The notes beneath the pieces are model-generated. The model saw only the letters and a program-made list of their open reading frames with translations. It was not told the DNA's origin and searched no databases. A stretch of DNA of 64,000 nucleotides. Source: Candidatus Bandiella sp. (GTDB lineage: Bacteria; Pseudomonadota; Alphaproteobacteria; Rickettsiales; Midichloriaceae). Of this stretch, positions 63,139 to 64,000 are shown one piece after another. The stretch covers positions 994,992-1,058,991 of the forward strand of contig OZ245923.1 of NCBI GenBank assembly GCA_965229725.1. Reading direction: 5' to 3'. Both the position numbers and the translations under genes were made by a program. Position 1 is the stretch's first letter. Each line of letters begins with the position of its first letter.

Positions 63139-63849
63139 ATGAATAAATTAGTTAGTAAAAAAAAACATACTATTTTACTCGTTAGTTATATTTTTTTTAG
63201 CAATTTTATTATATTTTGGTGTTTATATTAAACAGTTTTTAGATTCAGATGGTTTATCATTTACTGTAGGCTCATTAAGATTCACTGTATATTCAGTTCT
63301 TATAACAATAATTGCACTAATTATTTTAGTAATAACATCTTTATGGATACTAAAATATAGTGAAAAAAGAATAAGAAAAATCTCGAGGCTGAAACCAAGT
63401 AATAGAGAAATTTTAATAAAAACGTTATATGTCACAGTAGCCACAATTGTATTTTTAGTAACATTAGGGATAATAGGAGTGGATACAACAGCATTAACGG
63501 TTTTCAGCTGAACTATTGGAATTGGCATTGGATTTGGTTTGCAAAAAATTGCTGCTAATTTCATTACAGGCATAATATTATTGTTTGAAAAATCATTTGA
63601 AGTAGGTGATTTAATTGAACTTAATGATAAAATTATAGGCTTTGTAAGCCAAATTGGAGGGCGCTATATTTCAATCAAAACATTTTGTGGGAAGGAAATG
63701 ATGGTTCCTAATGAAGAATTTGTTAATTATAAAATTATTAACTGGACTCACAGAGACTCAAATTTACGACTAGAAATAAAAATAGAAGTTTCTTATCAAG
63801 AAGATATTAATGAAGTAAAGCATATTATACTAAGTACAGCAGAAAAAAG
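63139..63849 (+). pseudogene. Second MscS-family gene, inactivated
   Basis: Frameshift in a T8 run near 63195, TGA at 63509-63511 just before IGIGIGFGLQ, and the 3' end replaced by IS256. Confidence 0.88.
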
Positions 63850-64000
63850 GGGAGTGTTGAATCAACTGTGTCAAGCTAATTTTTCTACTACAGAAAAATC
63901 ATATTTTTTACTCATATTTAACCCTAATCTATCTGGGAACATAATGTCAAGTTGAGATATGGTTAAAGCCCAATCTGGTAAAGGCATACTCCATTTTTTG
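63850..64000 (-). mobile_element. IS256-family right end (element continues beyond the window)
   Basis: KKWSMPLPDWALTISQLDIMFPDRL; IR GGGAGTGTTGAATCAACTGTGTCAAG. Confidence 0.88.

Noticed and set aside
63223-63955. ORFs 63223..63573 (-) and 63539..63955 (+) as real genes
   Set aside because: The first is antisense to the mscS pseudogene. The second is its internal fragment running into antisense IS256.
1-64000. CRISPR array, rRNA, prophage or integrase
   Set aside because: No regularly spaced direct repeats, rRNA-like sequence, or phage/recombinase ORFs seen. All repeats found trace to IS ends or fragments.

Overview
AT-rich (~30% GC by eye) alphaproteobacterial endosymbiont DNA, most likely Rickettsiales. 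A Midichloriaceae-like lineage is my inference from the 17-kDa antigen, CADD, ProP-HD fusion, glpX, rpe, gshB and mreD-mrdA. Intact housekeeping blocks are feoAB, rplM-rpsI, lon-rsfS, mreD-mrdA, tolC-sppA, ftsH, fabI, ndk, tRNA-Lys, tRNA-Gly-tuf, rpsM-rpsK-rpoA-rplQ, rpe-gshB-gmk-rlmE, glpX-recO, clpB-birA-mfd, tamAB and mscS. They alternate with decaying accessory genes and debris of at least seven IS families (IS3, IS630, IS256, IS481, IS982, IS110, IS1, possibly IS1595), none of it intact. Highlights: (1) two unrelated pseudogenised effector-like genes, one with ankyrin repeats, end in the same acidic tail plus QHDEL or QHDEF, an ER-retrieval-type signal that only appears once the broken frames are rejoined; (2) a Na+/solute symporter-histidine kinase fusion is split by one base in an A11 run; (3) an MFS transporter is fused to a (p)ppGpp-hydrolase-type HD domain; (4) a glutamate decarboxylase has no adjacent antiporter; (5) four IS families are nested, with an in-frame IS256/IS982 chimera. 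No CRISPR array or rRNA was seen.
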